Source: Yuukianura sp. NJ FZ-2021 (Eukaryota). From it: a stretch of 64,000 nt of DNA. Under the pieces are notes generated by a model. It worked only from the letters and a program-made list of their open reading frames with translations. It did not search any database and was not told the DNA's origin. The DNA is taken from assembly GCA_046563655.1 (NCBI GenBank), contig CM102289.1:3410001-3474000 (forward strand), given 5' to 3'. This document shows, in pieces, positions 61,115 through 64,000 of the stretch. Every line of letters starts with the position of its first letter. Positions within the stretch are counted from its first letter, which is position 1. The position numbers and the translations under genes are program-made.

Positions 61115-62693
61115 CTTGGACGCACCGACAATAGAAAAGAATTTTTCAAACGAAAATATGTTTTTCTTCTAAAAATTTAGTAACAGAAGACCAAAGCAAA
61201 TATTCTTGTGGCCATCAAACGTTTTTATTCCGCCAAGCTATTACTTGATCCGCTAACGTTAACTTTTGGTCTGATTTCACTTCAAGCACAAAACAAGTAC
61301 GCTAGACCACCACGCTACAATCAAAGGACAGAACTGGTCTGAGATGGATCAAGTCTCTTTGGCAATAATCGTTTAAAGTTAAGTTACTTGCTACAGTAGT
61401 ACTAAACGCATGTTTTTTGTTTGAGTACATGTAATACATGAAATGAATACAACAATGTATGCAGAGTTACAGATCGTATTCGCAACACCTTTCTCACAGT
61501 GTGTTGCCTCTTAGCTAAATTCACGAAATCAAAAGTATTTTGTCTTGCGGCTACCGGTTCCTTCACTTCCTATTGTATGTGCGGTGCCATTACGACTGCC
61601 ACCGCCACTCAATTTCGAAAAAGAAAACTATTCTGTAAATTGAAAAATGTCAAGAAATTTTAACTCCCCAAATCTATCCCGTAGCGGTAAAACTTGTTTC
61701 CACGTCAGATGATATCGTATTTAATCTAACTCACAAGAATGGGATACTGACGGCGACAAGTAGAACTTTTTTCAAAAAATGAATTTTCAAATGTTCAGAT
61801 CTGTTTTTACAGATTTAGATGATTTATGATTTATGTCTTTTTGAATTTAGATTTGCAGAAGACTTTTTTATAAATTACATTTTGGCTATTGGAAATGGAA
61901 CTCAGAAAATGAAGAAATGTATACCGTGTAGCATGTGTTGTTGATTTGCATAAACTTTCTAATATTGAAGTTATGAAAAACTTGCTGAGCAATTTAAGAG
62001 ATGTCAAATAACCTGAAAGAAACCTGTTTTGTTTACATTGAGGAAGTAAACATTCAAACTTAATATTTCACGAGAGAAGCTACCGGTGTAATGTTCTTGT
62101 CAAAATCTTGTCAAAAAAGGTGCAAAATCTAGGTCATTCTCCCCGTCTCTTTGGCGTTATCTTTCATCTTGCTCAAAAATCATTTAAATTGATAAAAAAA
62201 ACTAATGAAAATCAAATGTAGAATTACGCCATTATTTCAAATTTCACTTTCATAAATTATAGTCTAAAGCGCAGCACTCAACTCCTTAATGTGTTTATGG
62301 ATGAAGTAGGTCACGGGTCCATTTTACTTTCATTGAAGGTGATTTTTGTTTAAATTATGACAATAAAAACAGGCCTTGACCTAAATTCTCGGGTCTTACT
62401 CTAAATGTTATGTTTGTCAATGCTCCATAACCTTACCATGCTTTTAGAGCTTTTGGTCTAGCCAAGGTCCATTTTTCATTCTGATCTTGACCTTAAAACA
62501 TGGACATCCACGTCACTGTCAAGGTTGTTCTAAGCACTTTCCTATTAATCAACGGAGTTACGCAAGGTCAGTATTCTGAGTCTGAAATATTGGCAATTTA
62601 CTGCAATGCGGTGTTATTCAGTTTTTGAATGGTTAATCGCCGTTTTCCAGTTGCGTACTTAATTTTAACTGTTAATTGTATTCAACGATGCAG

Positions 62694-63896
62694 GTACGGT
62701 GGAAAACAACGACGTTGCCAATCAAGAGCGTTTCGATGGCACAGGTACTAAATTGGATTTAAAAGTAAGCCAGACTAGTATGCCTTGTAAGTATGCGTAA
62801 TTAATGTTTAATGTCGAGGGCTAACCTGGAAAACCGTAACAAATCGACGCTTGCTTCAAGCTGAAACCCAAGGTTTCTATAGCAACGGTTGCTTCATAAG
62901 GTTAAGCAATAAGTCTTGTTTTCCAAAAATCTCACTCCAAACTTTTTTTTCACCCAAGTTTCACCCAGAGTGGCTGAAAAGACATCACGGCGGCTGATGT
63001 ATTTTCGTTTTTGAAATTTTGGGAAGAAAAATATAACAATCGAGGTATTGCTTAACCTTATGAAGCAAGAACTATTCCGTTGCTATAGAAACCTTGCTGA
63101 AACCGGAACAACTGCGCAGGCCAACGTCATTTCAAACAAAAAACGGTCCCTGCGCTTCAAAAGAGTAAATTTTCAACCTTCTTTGTCAGCATCAGAGACA
63201 TCCGATCGGGGGCAGCACCGTCTCGCCTTACGACAAATCGAAAAGATGCCATTCAATGGACAAGCTCCGTTGCAACCGAATTTTCCAACTGCGAATGTCA
63301 ATAAGCCATTGCATTCAGGGTCCAATCAGATGGCTTCAACGGGGCCTTATAGTTTGCCCCCGATGTCAATTTTCCCTCTGGCGTTTAATTCAAATCCGAC
63401 AGCATATCCCAGCCCTTACGCCTTTCCGGGAGTACAACGTGGAGCCTATCAGCAACAATCAATGCAACACCCATTAGGCCAACTTCAAATGAATCCGATA
63501 TACTACTCCGTCCCGCCTTATTTACTTCAAAATCAATTCCAGCAGCCTTTTGCATTTCCCGCTCCAGCAGGACCTTGGACTGGACCACAAATGACCGTCC
63601 CACCGTACTTCCCGCCTCCATTTTTCCCTAGTTCATCGCCTCCATTTCTTCCATATCCAGCAACGTTACATTCACCACCTTCGGACAATACGGTAACTCA
63701 AGCAAATTTTGTAAAATTTACTGAATTTGTAACTTGGAATTTGGTACAGAAAAATTCTACTGGAGATACTAATAGTAGCAGTGAATTTGCACACAGCGAA
63801 GAACAGATCACTCCCACCGTAGTGCCCATTGAACCAGGCGATACAGCACCGGTAGAGGGCAGTACTGATGTGAATTCAGCATCATCAAATTCACAG
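62694..63896 (+). CDS. internal exons of an unknown Pro/Gln-rich low-complexity protein (partial)
   Basis: Candidate exons 62694-62786 (phase 1-1) and 63190-63896 join in frame; 235 open codons in AT-rich DNA; no recognisable domain; start and end not identified. Confidence 0.6.
62869..63096. mobile_element. MITE, same family
   Basis: Exact flanking duplication CTGAAACC (62861-62868 and 63097-63104); TIR caaggtttctatagcaacgg / ccgttgctatagaaaccttg. Confidence 0.88.
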
Positions 63897-64000
63897 GTAA
63901 TGAAATACACCATGACAAATAAGTTAAGGCCTAGTTAATAATTGTGCGATGATTACCTCTTTGACATGAATGAAAATGCGATTTAATAGTAGTCTGAGTC

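Noticed and set aside
61851..61918. FAEDFFINYILAIGNG resembling a PIF1/Helitron helicase motif
   Set aside because: Too short, and no other helicase motifs nearby.
63048..63189. N-terminus of the 296-aa ORF
   Set aside because: Starts inside a MITE terminal repeat and upstream of the acceptor at 63189, so it is probably intronic.

Overview
AT-rich, intron-rich animal genomic DNA, most likely an arthropod (arthropod-type nAChR beta1, scattered TTAGG-like motifs). The + strand carries three tandem Cys-loop receptor genes. The first is the 3' part of an alpha7-type nicotinic acetylcholine receptor (nAChR) subunit. It has three pairs of duplicated, apparently mutually exclusive exons (loop D exon, loop C/M1 exon, M2 exon), and one loop C/M1 copy is itself split by an intron. 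The second is a complete nAChR beta1 gene (516 aa) whose 17.6 kb first intron holds a nested small secreted CX3C-X12-CX3C peptide gene, a DINE-1/HINE-like element and a ~1 kb foldback element. The third is a highly divergent beta1-derived subunit (438 aa) lacking the ligand-binding tryptophans. Tail-to-tail with it, on the - strand, is a three-exon gene closely resembling proteobacterial cyclopropane-fatty-acyl-phospholipid synthase (Cfa), a likely domesticated horizontal transfer. A Pro/Gln-rich gene fragment ends the window, and a MITE family with CAAGG ends and 8-bp target duplications is dispersed throughout. All gene models were assembled by eye from splice signals, reading phase and recalled protein homology. 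No database search was run.
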